The notes beneath the pieces are model-generated. The model did no database searches and was not told the origin of the DNA. It saw only the letters and a program-made list of their open reading frames with translations. A stretch of DNA of 64,000 nt from a virus, in the IMG/VR virus record IMGVR_UViG_3300045988_100778, positions 32,001 to 96,000 of that record. One strand, written 5' to 3'. The stretch's first letter is position 1, and each line of letters opens with the position of its first letter. The position numbers and the translations under genes are program-made. Below are positions 63,520 through 64,000 of the stretch, piece after piece.

Positions 63520-63832
63520 AAACAAGGAATGCACGGAGTTCGGGAAGGAAATCATAGAGACAAACCCTATGTTTAAATACACCGACAAAGGAACCGTGCC
63601 TATTAATATACCTTACTGCAAGGTGTGCGGAAAACAGATGGGGTACCGCGAGGAATTGCCGGAAAGTGAAGGTGATATAAACGTGGCGTTCGCTTCTTTC
63701 GGTTCCCAGTCCAACGAAAACAAAGCCTCTATCCTCAAAGACAGATACAAGAAAGGTCTTGAAAAAGACGGTATTAGCGAGATTATAAAGGCTAAAAGGG
63801 ATAAAATGACTAAGGACTTTTTCGGTGGGTGA
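63500..63832 (+). CDS. zinc-ribbon-containing hypothetical protein
   Basis: WKCENKEC..YCKVCG. Confidence 0.4.
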   Translation: MIYWKCENKECTEFGKEIIETNPMFKYTDKGTVPINIPYCKVCGKQMGYREELPESEGDINVAFASFGSQSNENKASILKDRYKKGLEKDGISEIIKAKRDKMTKDFFGG

Positions 63833-63856
63833 TATGTTAATCTTATGTTAAAACGA

Positions 63857-63903
63857 CATAAGCACTTGCGTATGTCATAACATAATCTTATCTTTGCAAT
63901 GTG
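63857..63903 (+). promoter_or_regulatory. dispersed promoter/operator element, copy F
   Basis: CATAAGCACTTGCGTATGTCATAACATAATCTTATCTTTGCAATGTG. Confidence 0.65.
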
Positions 63904-63944
63904 AGATTAAGAGATAAGAAGTCAAACAACAAAAAGATAAAGTT

Positions 63945-64000
63945 ATGAAATCACTTAAAGAGCTTAAGAATAACATTTACGAGAAGATAAACGAAATTAG
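63945..64000 (+). CDS. 5' end of a small gene (truncated by the window edge)
   Basis: ATG in the same GATAAAGTTATGAAATCA context as gene 4072; MKSLKELKNNIYEKINEI.. Confidence 0.4.
   Translation, partial: MKSLKELKNNIYEKINEI

Noticed and set aside
3970-63903. Considered whether the six near-identical 47-nt elements form a CRISPR array or MITE family
   Set aside because: The copies are 2-28 kb apart, always intergenic, in the same orientation and upstream of genes. They have no regular spacers and no terminal inverted repeats or target duplications. A promoter/operator interpretation fits better.
1-64000. Screen for tRNA, rRNA, integrase and lysogeny genes
   Set aside because: The non-coding gaps are short (about 250 nt at most) and show no cloverleaf-like or rRNA-like sequence. 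No integrase or repressor motifs were recognised, so none is reported.

Overview
This window is tightly packed phage DNA, almost entirely on the + strand. It comes from a contractile-tailed dsDNA phage. All calls rest on motif recognition by eye; no database search was run.

The host is probably Bacteroidota. About ten intergenic promoter-like sites carry a TAnnTTTG -7 box and most leaders are A-rich. The host call is tentative because a minority of genes have AGGAGG-like sites.

Layout:
- 32-3787: neck region, tail sheath and tail tube.
- About 3.8-11.4 kb: a non-structural block that interrupts the tail module. It holds a DUF3560-like gene, a solo TnpB-like gene, a NinG/HNH-like gene, a C5-methyltransferase-like gene, a DnaQ-like exonuclease, and a large terminase whose P-loop is split by a mini-intein.
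- 11.5-39.9 kb: small genes, tape measure and baseplate genes, then two large fibre proteins. The first is a 3426-aa baseplate-J/fibre fusion. The second is an 1822-aa fibre with a BspA/DUF285-type leucine-rich C-terminus.
- 39.9-46.1 kb: about 25 small early-type genes, including a HAD phosphatase and a DPPH methyltransferase.
- 46.2-63.8 kb: replication and recombination genes. These are a DnaB-like helicase, a DnaG-like primase, MazG, an AAA_28-like kinase, a Pol III alpha split into two ORFs and carrying a mini-intein, a gp32-like SSB, SbcD, RecA, SbcC and RuvC.

Most notable finding: a perfect 78-bp inverted repeat (29697-29774 and 32831-32908) brackets a 3.2-kb segment holding two opposed, paralogous fibre C-terminal cassettes. 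One cassette is fused to the giant fibre ORF. The other has no start codon and opens exactly at the repeat edge. This is the architecture of an invertible host-range switch (Mu G-segment-like), but no invertase gene is visible in the window.

Other notable signals:
- A dispersed six-copy promoter/operator element built from dyads, followed by a conserved leader.
- A TnpB-like protein with a non-canonical RuvC-II position and a degenerate zinc ribbon.
- A Hint-like remnant at the split point of the polymerase.

No tRNA, rRNA, CRISPR array or reverse transcriptase was seen.
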